Assembly: GCA_964590105.1 (NCBI GenBank) | Contig: CAZPYM010000002.1 | Span: 218,697 to 282,696 of the forward strand | Reading direction: 5' to 3' | Length of the DNA: 64,000 nt | Source: an uncultured Gammaproteobacteria bacterium | GTDB lineage: Bacteria; Patescibacteriota; Patescibacteriia; UBA11705; JABHMO01 | Part shown: positions 55,804 through 64,000 of the stretch, piece by piece | Position numbering within the stretch: position 1 is the first letter of the stretch | Layout of the letters: every line of letters starts with the position of its first letter | The notes under the pieces: model-generated | Seen by the model: the letters and a program-made list of their open reading frames with translations, nothing else | Database searches by the model: none | What the model was told of the DNA's origin: nothing | Made by a program: the position numbers and the translations under genes

Positions 55804-57633
55804 ATGAGCGACTGGGACGGAGCGGTAAAAGCGGAAGACCGGAATATCAGTTCATTTCTGCGTAGCTTGTCAAACCTGTGGAGTTTGCTTGGCGAGGCCA
55901 AGAGACTGATCATAATTGCGACAATAATGATATTTGTGATTGAGATTCTGAATATTGGCTTTCCTTACCTGTTGAAATTGATTTTCGATGAGCTGCCGGA
56001 AGTGATCGGCGGCAAGACAATCAGTAGCGGCCTGATCGCGCTCACCGGCGCGCTCTTGGTTGTCAAAGTGGCGGCGCTGACACTAAAACATTTTGTGGCG
56101 GAAAAGTATTTTCTGCTCGGAGTAATTAAATTGGAAAATCGCTGTCCTGTCCTGGCGCAGGAAAAGCTGTTGTCATTGTCGCTCAATTATCATGAACAGG
56201 AAAATACCGGCAAGAAAATTTCCAAAATCGAAAAGGGCTGTGAAAAGCTGGTTATGATTGTCATGGAACTTTACTGGGGCATCGTGCCCGCGCTTTTTTA
56301 TCTGATCATCAATGTTACAGTAGCCTTGGTAATTGATTGGAAGCTCGGACTGCTTTTCGTGGCGCCATTTTTTCCGGCCATGTACATCCACTACCACATG
56401 CACAATAAATTTGAAAGCGCCTGGGAGATTTGGGAAAAGAAAAAAGAGCAGGCGGTTGGTTATTTCTGCCAGTCGATTATCAACGTCAAAACAGTACAGA
56501 ACTTTGTCCAGGAAAACAAAGAAATTGAAAAATTCGCTGATCTGCGCGGGCAGATGTATGATCTGGATACGGAAGCTTCAATAAAAATGCAAAGGTATTT
56601 TTATGTTTCCGGACTAATGTTGCATTTGTTTTATTTTGCGACCATTGCCCTTGGTTTTGTTTTCGTGGCAATGGGCAGGAGCTCAATCGGCACGGTGGTT
56701 TATATGATTGCCACCGGCAACGTGACGATTTTTAGTATCGGCGACATTATGGCCAATTACGCCAGGATTATGAGAAAAACTGTAGCGGTAAATAGAATGA
56801 AGGAGCTGATGGAGCAGAAGTCTGATATTGCCAATGTGGAGGGCGCGATTGTTCCCTTGAAATATGAGGGAAGATTTGAATTCCGGCGCGTAGTTTTCGC
56901 TTATCCTGGCAAGGATTCGCCGGTATTGATTGATTATTCGTCGTGTCTGGAGCCAAATCAAATGGTTGCTTTGGTTGGCAAAAGCGGAGAAGGCAAAACC
57001 ACGGTCGCGAGACTGCTGTGCCGCATGTACGATGCCAGTGGCGGCGAAATTTTGCTGGACGGCAAAAACGTCAAAGACCTGGAACTTTCCTGGTATAGAC
57101 GGCTGTTTGCCATTGTCCAGCAGGACGTGGATATTTTTGACGCCACCTTGCTTGAAAATATTCGTTATCCGCATCCTGATGTTTCCGAGGCGCAAGTCCT
57201 GGAAGCATTGCGGGCGGCTCATTTGGATGACGTTATTAACAGTCGGGAACGATTTCCCGACGGAATTAATACGCAGGTCGGCGAGCGAGGTATTCGCTTG
57301 TCCGGCGGCGAGAGACAGCGAGTGGGAATAGCTCGCGCCTACATCGCTCTTTTGAACGGCGCCCGCGTGCTGATTTTGGACGAGGCAACTTCCAGTTTGG
57401 ATTCGGAAGCGGAAAAAGCGATCCAGCTCATGCTGGATAAAATTCGCGGTCAGCTGAATATTTCGGTTGTGGCGATTGCGCATCGCCTCAGCACCATTCA
57501 GCGGGCTGATATGATTTACGTGATTGACAATGGCCAAGTCGCTGAATCCGGCGACCATGCTCGTCTGGTTCAAAAGAATGGCCTGTACGCCCACCTGGTT
57601 GAATTGCAAAAACTGGGTAATTTGCGCGAGTGA
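55804..57633 (+). CDS. ABC transporter, fused permease/ATPase (exporter type)
   Basis: Six TM N-terminal half; Walker A GKSGEGKT, signature LSGGERQRVGIARA, Walker B LILDEATSSLD. Confidence 0.85.
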   Translation: MSDWDGAVKAEDRNISSFLRSLSNLWSLLGEAKRLIIIATIMIFVIEILNIGFPYLLKLIFDELPEVIGGKTISSGLIALTGALLVVKVAALTLKHFVAEKYFLLGVIKLENRCPVLAQEKLLSLSLNYHEQENTGKKISKIEKGCEKLVMIVMELYWGIVPALFYLIINVTVALVIDWKLGLLFVAPFFPAMYIHYHMHNKFESAWEIWEKKKEQAVGYFCQSIINVKTVQNFVQENKEIEKFADLRGQMYDLDTEASIKMQRYFYVSGLMLHLFYFATIALGFVFVAMGRSSIGTVVYMIATGNVTIFSIGDIMANYARIMRKTVAVNRMKELMEQKSDIANVEGAIVPLKYEGRFEFRRVVFAYPGKDSPVLIDYSSCLEPNQMVALVGKSGEGKTTVARLLCRMYDASGGEILLDGKNVKDLELSWYRRLFAIVQQDVDIFDATLLENIRYPHPDVSEAQVLEALRAAHLDDVINSRERFPDGINTQVGERGIRLSGGERQRVGIARAYIALLNGARVLILDEATSSLDSEAEKAIQLMLDKIRGQLNISVVAIAHRLSTIQRADMIYVIDNGQVAESGDHARLVQKNGLYAHLVELQKLGNLRE

Positions 57634-57866
57634 AATTATTAGAGCTGAACAAAATCAAGAACGCTGACTAAATGAGTTGGCGTCCTTTTTTTTGGGGGTA
57701 CAGAGATACAGATTTGAAGTACAGATAGTACAGATCAGTAATGAGATTGTTTTAGTCTGTATATTTGTAACTACCTCTTTACAAAACCATTTTATGTTGC
57801 TATAATTTACGGCAGCATGTTTGGATAGTAATTAATTTTCATTCTAACTAACCAACAGTCCTTCCT

Positions 57867-60740
57867 ATGAGTAATCAAATTTCCATCAGAGGCGCCAGAG
57901 TCAATAATTTGAAAAACATTGACATTGACATTCCTCGCAATAAATTGGTGGTTGTCACGGGGCTCTCCGGTTCAGGAAAATCTTCATTAGCCTTTGACAC
58001 AGTTTATGCTGAGGGCCAGCGTCGCTATGTTGAAAGCTTGTCTTCTTACGCCCGTCAATTTCTTGAAGTAAAGGAAAAGCCGGATGTTGATCAGATTACC
58101 GGCCTTTCGCCGGCGATTGCCATTGACCAGCGTTACAGCGCGCAAAATCCTCGGTCAACTGTCGGCACAATTACGGAAATTTATGACATGCTTCGCCTGA
58201 TGTTCAGCCGTATCGGCCATCCTCATTGTCCCAGCTGTGGGCATGAAGTGTCCCGCCAGACAGTGGAAGAAATCGTAGAAAAAATATGGAGCATCAATCA
58301 CAAAGTCAATGTTTCCATTTTGGCGCCGATTATTCGCGAACAAAAGGGCTCGCATCGGAAAATTTTTGACGAAATTCGCAAGGCTAATTATTACCAGGTT
58401 CGGTTGGACGGAATATTATATAGCATTGAAGAAGTTGAACAGATTGAAATTGATAAACAGAAAAAACATACAGTGGAAGTGGTGGTTGACCGCATCCTGC
58501 TTGACGGCGACAAGGAAACAAAGGATCAACTTTTCGAATCAACAAAAGTAGCGGCTGACCTGGGAAACGGCTTGGTGGTTGTGTTGCGTTCGGACAAAGC
58601 CGGAGATACATTATTCAGTCAATATTATACTTGTCCAAAGTGTGACATAGATTTGCCGGAAATTGAACTGCGCAGTTTTTCTTTTAATTCGCCGTTTGGT
58701 GCCTGTCCTGTTTGTTCTGGCCTCGGCACGAAAATGGAAGTTGACCCGGAACTTGTAATCAGTAATCCTCGATTAACTCTGGCGCAGGGAGCCATCAAAC
58801 CGTGGACAAAAATATTTTCCAATCAAACTTCGATTTGGCAACTTCTGGCCGCCGTAGCCAAGCGCCACAGATTTTCCATTGACGTGCCAGTAGAAAAATT
58901 ATCCAAAAAAGCTTTGGACATTGTGCTTTGCGGCACCGGGGATGAAGAATATGAAGTCGGAACAAAAAGCTTGGTTTTTGAAGGAGTGCTGCCCGGTCTG
59001 GAAAATAAACACAAAGAAACAGATTCTGATTACATTCGTCGAGAAATCGAAAAATATATGCGCCAGCATGTTTGTCCTGAGTGCTCGGGCAAACGATTGA
59101 AAAAAGAAAGTTTGGCTGTGACTGTCGGTGGCCGGACAATAATTGATTATACTGACGTGGCGATTGCTGATTTGAAAAGCATGATCAGTGAGTTGCTCAA
59201 AAGCGCAAAATACAAAGGTAAAAAATTACCCAAAAAAGAATTTGAATATATTACGGAAGCAATTAATAATACTGAATTCAAAGTGGCGGGCGCAGTGATC
59301 AAGGAAATTGACCGCCGAGTCGGTTTTATGGAAAATGTTGGGCTTGATTATCTGACCCTTGGCCGTAGCGCCACCTCGCTGTCAGGCGGAGAAGCGCAGA
59401 GAATCCGTCTGGCCACACAATTGGGTTCATCTTTGTCTGAAGTCATTTATGTTTTGGATGAGCCGTCAATTGGCTTGCATCCGGCTGACAATAATAAACT
59501 GATCAAAACACTGAAAGAATTAAGAGACAAGGGAAATTCAGTCATTGTTGTTGAACACGACGAAGATATGATGCGGGCGGCTGATTATATTATTGATGTT
59601 GGGCCAGGCGCGGGAATTTACGGCGGAGAAGTGGTGGCGCAGGGGACAATTGACGTTATTAAAAAAAACCCAAAGTCATTGACCGGAAAATATTTATCCG
59701 GCAAAGAAAAAATTGAAATAATAAAAAAACAAAAAAGATCAATTTCAAAGGTAATTGAGATCAGGGGAGCCAAAGCGTTTAATCTGAAAAATCTTGACAT
59801 AAAAATTCCGCTTGGCAATCTGGTGGCCATCACCGGCGTGTCCGGCTCTGGCAAGTCAACTCTGATGACCGAGATTTTGTCAAAAGCGCTGGCCCGTTAT
59901 TTTTACCGATCCAAAGATTTGCCGGCTGAACATAAAGAAATAAGAGGTTTGGAAAATGTTGATAAAGTGATTACCATTGACCAGTCGCCAATCGGCCGCA
60001 CGCCGCGTTCAAATCCCGCGACTTATACCGGCGTTTTTACTTATATCCGCGACCTATTTACTTTGGTTCCCGAGGCAAAGATAAAAGGTTATGATGCCGG
60101 CCGCTTTAGTTTCAATGTCAAAGGCGGACGCTGTGAAGCTTGTGGTGGCGACGGATTGATAAAAATTGAAATGCAGTTTTTGCCGGATGTTTATGTGGAA
60201 TGCGCCGAATGCAAAGGTCGGCGCTACAATAAAAAAACTTTGGAAATTCATTACCGCGGGAAAAATATTGCCGACGTGCTGGACATGACTGTGGCGGAAG
60301 CTAAAATATTTTTTGGCGATACGCCGATTTTGAATGAAAAATTGAGCGTGCTGGAAGAAGTGGGTCTCGGCTATTTAACGCTTGGCCAGCCGGCGACAAC
60401 TCTCTCGGGTGGCGAGGCGCAAAGGATCAAGCTGGCAACTGAATTATCTCGTTATGCCACGGGCAAGACTTTGTACATTCTAGACGAGCCGACGACTGGA
60501 CTGCATTTTGACGATATTAAAAGGTTGCTATATATTTTGGATCGTCTGGTTGAAAAAGGAAATTCTGTTTTGATTATTGAGCACAATTTGGAAGTAATAA
60601 AAAATTGCGATTGGATTATTGACCTCGGGCCGGAGGGTGGCGACCGCGGCGGTTATTTGATTGCCGAGGGAACGCCGGCGCAAGTGGCCAGAGTGGCCGG
60701 GTCGGCAACGGGGCAGTATTTGAAAAGAGTTTTGAAATAA
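57867..60740 (+). CDS. uvrA: excinuclease ABC subunit A
   Basis: Two ABC modules ([20 protein letters not shown]) and zinc-finger cysteines. Confidence 0.95.
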   Translation: MSNQISIRGARVNNLKNIDIDIPRNKLVVVTGLSGSGKSSLAFDTVYAEGQRRYVESLSSYARQFLEVKEKPDVDQITGLSPAIAIDQRYSAQNPRSTVGTITEIYDMLRLMFSRIGHPHCPSCGHEVSRQTVEEIVEKIWSINHKVNVSILAPIIREQKGSHRKIFDEIRKANYYQVRLDGILYSIEEVEQIEIDKQKKHTVEVVVDRILLDGDKETKDQLFESTKVAADLGNGLVVVLRSDKAGDTLFSQYYTCPKCDIDLPEIELRSFSFNSPFGACPVCSGLGTKMEVDPELVISNPRLTLAQGAIKPWTKIFSNQTSIWQLLAAVAKRHRFSIDVPVEKLSKKALDIVLCGTGDEEYEVGTKSLVFEGVLPGLENKHKETDSDYIRREIEKYMRQHVCPECSGKRLKKESLAVTVGGRTIIDYTDVAIADLKSMISELLKSAKYKGKKLPKKEFEYITEAINNTEFKVAGAVIKEIDRRVGFMENVGLDYLTLGRSATSLSGGEAQRIRLATQLGSSLSEVIYVLDEPSIGLHPADNNKLIKTLKELRDKGNSVIVVEHDEDMMRAADYIIDVGPGAGIYGGEVVAQGTIDVIKKNPKSLTGKYLSGKEKIEIIKKQKRSISKVIEIRGAKAFNLKNLDIKIPLGNLVAITGVSGSGKSTLMTEILSKALARYFYRSKDLPAEHKEIRGLENVDKVITIDQSPIGRTPRSNPATYTGVFTYIRDLFTLVPEAKIKGYDAGRFSFNVKGGRCEACGGDGLIKIEMQFLPDVYVECAECKGRRYNKKTLEIHYRGKNIADVLDMTVAEAKIFFGDTPILNEKLSVLEEVGLGYLTLGQPATTLSGGEAQRIKLATELSRYATGKTLYILDEPTTGLHFDDIKRLLYILDRLVEKGNSVLIIEHNLEVIKNCDWIIDLGPEGGDRGGYLIAEGTPAQVARVAGSATGQYLKRVLK

Positions 60741-60837
60741 ATTGAATTGTATAAAAAAATATCGGACAGTACTTTGGCCGGTATTTTTTCATTTTTAAAA
60801 TTTTATATATTCTTTCCTGATTCTCTTTCCTGTTCTC

Positions 60838-61212
60838 TTATTTAATTTCCTTCATCCGTTTATGTTTGCTTTTCAAGAAGCCGAGTTTTGACTGGCGCAC
60901 TTTTTGTGTTTTTATTACGTTGATTTTTTTGACAGTTGGCGAATGAAGAGGGAAAATTTTTTCCACGCCCACGCCGCCTGAAACTTTATAAACAGTGATT
61001 GTGGCATTAATCCCTTTGCCATGCTTGCGACCGAGGACTGTGCCTTCGAAAATCTGAATCCTTTTTTTTTCCTCGCCCTTTGGGTTTAATTCTGTGATTT
61101 CCTGGTGAACGCGAACAACAGTTCCGGGCTGAACTTTTGGAAATGTTCGGTCAATTTTTACTTCTTTTTCCGGAGCTGTTTTTTTTTCATCTACTGCTTT
61201 ATCTTCTGGCAT
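60838..61212 (-). CDS. rplS: 50S ribosomal protein L19
   Basis: PGTVVRVH...GVGVEKIFPLHSP blocks. Confidence 0.85.
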   Translation of the reverse strand: MPEDKAVDEKKTAPEKEVKIDRTFPKVQPGTVVRVHQEITELNPKGEEKKRIQIFEGTVLGRKHGKGINATITVYKVSGGVGVEKIFPLHSPTVKKINVIKTQKVRQSKLGFLKSKHKRMKEIK

Positions 61213-61330
61213 ATTGTAACGGGGGTAACAGGTGTAACAGGTGTAACGGGTGTAACAGGTGTTTAATCACTTGTTACGCTTCTAACACTTGTTCCACTTC
61301 TATCACCTGTTTCACTTATTGTCGTTATTT
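61213..61330. repeat. five tandem GGTGTAACA(G) 9-mers followed by inverted copies (cacttgttac, cacctgtttcac), immediately upstream of rplS
   Basis: gggggtaacaggtgtaacaggtgtaacgggtgtaacaggtgttta...cacttgttacgc...acacttgttcc...tcacctgtttcac. Confidence 0.8.
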
Positions 61331-61375
61331 TTAACTGAGTTTTAGTATAGATTAATTTGTAATATAAGTCAAGAG

Positions 61376-61927
61376 TTAATTATTTTCAATTAATGCCCGC
61401 GTTTTGGCGACTGCCTGGTCGATTTTGTTTTGTTCATTGATAACACGAAAATCATATTCATCGGCTTGTTTTAATTCTCTTTCTATTTGTTCCCAGCGTT
61501 TGGCGAACGCTTCATCGGTCATTGGTCTCTGGCGGATACGGGTTTTTAGATTTTCCAAATTGTCCGGCAGAATAAATATTGATTTAGCTTCGGGAAAAAC
61601 CTTTTTTACGGTGCGTACGCCATTGACGTCGAGCAGGATTATGGCGATTTTTTCTTGCTCCCAGATTTTTTCCAGGTCGCGTCGGCTGTTGCCGTAATAA
61701 TTGCCATAGTGCTCATCGTATTCAAACATTTCATTGCTCTGTATTTTTTTTTCAAATTCCTCGCGGCTGATAAAATGATAATCTTGGCCATTGATTTCAC
61801 CTGGCCTGGGTTCGCGAGTAACACAAGTAACTAGCCGTTCTAGCTTGGGCATTTGTTTTAATAATTCGTAAGCAATGGTGGTTTTTCCGACGCCGGAAGT
61901 GCCGGATATTAGAAAGAGTTTATTCAT
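61376..61927 (-). CDS. gmk: guanylate kinase
   Basis: P-loop ISGTSGVGKTT and GMP-binding region. Confidence 0.85.
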   Translation of the reverse strand: MNKLFLISGTSGVGKTTIAYELLKQMPKLERLVTCVTREPRPGEINGQDYHFISREEFEKKIQSNEMFEYDEHYGNYYGNSRRDLEKIWEQEKIAIILLDVNGVRTVKKVFPEAKSIFILPDNLENLKTRIRQRPMTDEAFAKRWEQIERELKQADEYDFRVINEQNKIDQAVAKTRALIENN

Positions 61928-62012
61928 AAGAACGTTTAAAATTTTAAATTTAGGAATTGATTCGTTTGGAAATTTGAAATTGGTAATTTAATAAAAATTG
62001 CAAGATTGTAAA

Positions 62013-63734
62013 TCAAAGTCGTTTCAAGATCTCGTCCGCCACCTCCTCCCGATTATTTCCCCGAACTTTATCTTTATATTCTAAAATCAAGGCTTTGTTT
62101 TTTTGTAAAAATTTAACAGCTTCTTCTTTGCCACTAATTTTTCCGGAATCAATCAAATCAGACATAACATAAGTTAAGGCTCCGATAAGCGGTCCACCCT
62201 TAATTTCCAGTGTTTGCATCATTATTTGGCCGTCGGCAAATTTTTCTTCAGGCAATTCGGTCCGGATTTGTTTAATCTGATTGATTCTTTTCAAAGTGTC
62301 CAAAAAATTATTCATTGGCGAAGAACCGTCCGGTCGAATGCTTGAGTTTGCGTCAAGGTAGAACAGCATTAACAAGTCTTGAGAATGCGGACTGTCAATA
62401 AATCGTCTGGCGAATTTATATGTACTGACGTTAAAAATATTTGTTATAGTCATGGCAAACATATGGTTTTCAACCATGAATTTTAGTTTCGCAGTTTGAA
62501 AATCAGACAAGTTAAATCTGGTGGCGATTTTTCCGACTATTTTTGCTCCACCAGTGTCGTGGCTGTTGAATCTGACTCTATCAACGCCGTGATCTTCCGG
62601 CGTTTGCTTTGTTTCCGGCTTGCCAATGTCGTGCAAAATCACGCCGAGCGCAAATTCGCCGGTAATATGTGAGCCTTTAAAATATTTTCTGAATTCTTCA
62701 GAGCGAATCTTTTCCAGCATCATTTTTGTGTGCTGCCACACGTCTCCTTCGGCGTGAAATTCCGCCGGTTGTTCGCAGCCTTTCAGTTTTAGAACTTCCG
62801 GCAAAAGTTTTTCCAAAGCGCCGAACTCATCGAGCAGTTCGAGCGCCCGAGCCGGATTTTCTTTCAGCGACTTCAAAAGCTCCACCGCAATTGTTTCGCG
62901 CGGCACTACGAATTCTTGTTTTTCCGCGTTTGGATTTGCTTGTTTTTGTTTTTCAATTTTGCTTTGCAGTTTTTTCTGGTCTAAATCATTAGTGGCGAGC
63001 GTCATTTGTCTTTCTAGTGATTCGACAATAGGAATTTCGCGCTGGTCATTGATATGCGGCATTAAATTCATTATGGCTAGTTTTGTTTGCGGCTCAATTT
63101 CAAAATCAAAGCGGCAGGCAAAGCGGATGGCGCGTAGCATTCTGGAATAATCTTCCTGAAAGCGGTCTTCCGGCCGGCCGACACAGCGAATTTTTTTATT
63201 ACGTAAATCTTCCTGGCCGTTAAACGGATCAACAAGCTGATTTGCGCCCATATTCCAGGCAATCGCATTGATAGTCAGATCGCGTCTGGATAAATCTTCT
63301 TCAATCGGCAAAGTGTGATCGGATTTTGCTTCCACGTCGCGGTAGCCGCCTGTGCCCACTGGAAGCTCTGTTCTAGGTAGAGCAATGTCAATCGGTTCGC
63401 GCAAGGTTGAGCCGGTGGGGGTAAATTTAATCACGCCAAAATTGCGGCCGACAAAATCAACCCGCCCCATTTTTTGCAAAACAGCAACAAGTTTTTTCAT
63501 TTCAACACCGCGGGCGATAAAGTCATAATCTTTTGAAGTCGGATGTTTTAAAATAGTGTCCCTGACCATGCCACCAACCAAATAAAATTCCAGTTCCGGC
63601 AATTCTTGAAAAAGCCGGCTGGTAAATTCTAAATTGGATTCGTTTTTTAGTTTTGTTTCGAACCTTTTGATTAATTCCGGATCGGTTTTTTTTTCTTCCG
63701 GCGGATCTGTTTGTGGTTTATGCGGATTAAACAT
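62013..63734 (-). CDS. cca: CCA-adding tRNA nucleotidyltransferase / poly(A) polymerase-family protein with an HD domain
   Basis: LVGGMVRD...DYD nucleotidyltransferase head and HDIGKP HD motif. Confidence 0.75.
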   Translation of the reverse strand: MFNPHKPQTDPPEEKKTDPELIKRFETKLKNESNLEFTSRLFQELPELEFYLVGGMVRDTILKHPTSKDYDFIARGVEMKKLVAVLQKMGRVDFVGRNFGVIKFTPTGSTLREPIDIALPRTELPVGTGGYRDVEAKSDHTLPIEEDLSRRDLTINAIAWNMGANQLVDPFNGQEDLRNKKIRCVGRPEDRFQEDYSRMLRAIRFACRFDFEIEPQTKLAIMNLMPHINDQREIPIVESLERQMTLATNDLDQKKLQSKIEKQKQANPNAEKQEFVVPRETIAVELLKSLKENPARALELLDEFGALEKLLPEVLKLKGCEQPAEFHAEGDVWQHTKMMLEKIRSEEFRKYFKGSHITGEFALGVILHDIGKPETKQTPEDHGVDRVRFNSHDTGGAKIVGKIATRFNLSDFQTAKLKFMVENHMFAMTITNIFNVSTYKFARRFIDSPHSQDLLMLFYLDANSSIRPDGSSPMNNFLDTLKRINQIKQIRTELPEEKFADGQIMMQTLEIKGGPLIGALTYVMSDLIDSGKISGKEEAVKFLQKNKALILEYKDKVRGNNREEVADEILKRL

Positions 63735-63825
63735 AAGTTAATAAGAAGATTTAGCGGGGCAAGAGGAGGGAGAGGGGAAAGAAGGGGAGAAAATTGAAGT
63801 AATAAGTTGAATGATTACATTAGAA
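63735..63825. repeat. homopurine tract (plus strand), i.e. a C/T-rich leader upstream of cca
   Basis: agttaataagaagatttagcggggcaagaggagggagaggggaaagaaggggagaaaattgaagtaataag. Confidence 0.7.
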
Positions 63826-64000
63826 ACCTGAAAATTCAGCCGGCAACTTGGACTCAAAATTTTGTTCATGGTTTTCCTGATCAACAAAACTTAATTTAGC
63901 TGCGTGCAAAAGCAGTTGTTTGGTTTTTAATTTTAATTTCAGGGCCGCGCCCATACTTTTGGCTTTTAATTTTGAATTTTGAACTCTATAAACTTGATCA

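Noticed and set aside
55499-55913. Minus-strand ORFs 55499-55702 and 55554-55913
   Set aside because: They overlap the ABC transporter start and the plus-strand terminator hairpin. The plus-strand 58-aa ORF is the only frame with a matching terminator; it is kept at low confidence instead.
55511-57633. Small ORF plus ABC exporter as a bacteriocin export system
   Set aside because: There is no double-glycine leader in the peptide and no C39 peptidase domain on the transporter. It is kept only as a low-interest observation.
61213-61330. 9-bp GGTGTAACA array considered as a CRISPR/minisatellite, and ORF 61137-61334 (+) as a gene
   Set aside because: The repeat unit is far too short, has no spacers, and switches to inverted copies. 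The 65-aa ORF (…NRCNRCNGCNRC…) is simply the repeat translated and overlaps the rplS start.
63822-64000. Short minus-strand ORF at the window end (about 63823-63954)
   Set aside because: It is only about 44 aa and sits in an AT-rich region at the window edge, with no motif or signals. It cannot be distinguished from noise or from part of a gene extending beyond the window.

Overview
This 64 kb window is a gene-dense bacterial segment, roughly 38-42% GC with several GC-rich patches near 50-60%. The gene content suggests a small-genome Patescibacteria/CPR-like organism. That reading rests on four TrmB-like HTH regulators, a DUF4012 envelope protein, a T4SS-pilin-like hairpin, a four-subunit PFOR, frequent weak or absent Shine-Dalgarno sequences, and many intergenic micro-repeats.

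Housekeeping genes recognised from conserved motifs: infB (5' truncated), trxA, trxB, malic enzyme, glutamate dehydrogenase, rnhB, leuS, trpS, RNase J, secG, porGDAB, uvrA, rplS, gmk and cca. I also identify RNase P RNA, tRNA-Ala(TGC) and tRNA-Lys(TTT) with their promoter, and a GT4/GT4/sugar-phosphotransferase polysaccharide cluster.

The more unusual items are:
1. A perfect Nudix box embedded in-frame inside leucyl-tRNA synthetase.
2. A GC-rich island next to the tRNA genes encoding one B12-binding radical SAM enzyme, two SPASM-type radical SAM enzymes, and a large UbiA-family prenyltransferase fusion bracketed by identical 36-nt hairpins. It is a candidate RiPP or isoprenoid/ether-lipid modification system.
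3. Two Cys/Gly/Pro tandem-repeat proteins flanking a pair of TrmB regulators.
4. A PFOR operon interrupted twice: by a small PD-(D/E)xK (GxxExxY-like) gene with terminal inverted repeats, and by a 959-aa secreted Cys-rich protein carrying a T4SS-pilin-like transmembrane hairpin.
5. Two GC-rich, strong-SD islets of small basic or secreted proteins.
6. Several ordered intergenic repeat arrays and homopurine tracts.

All calls come from reading the sequence and ORF translations against remembered family motifs. No database search was run.
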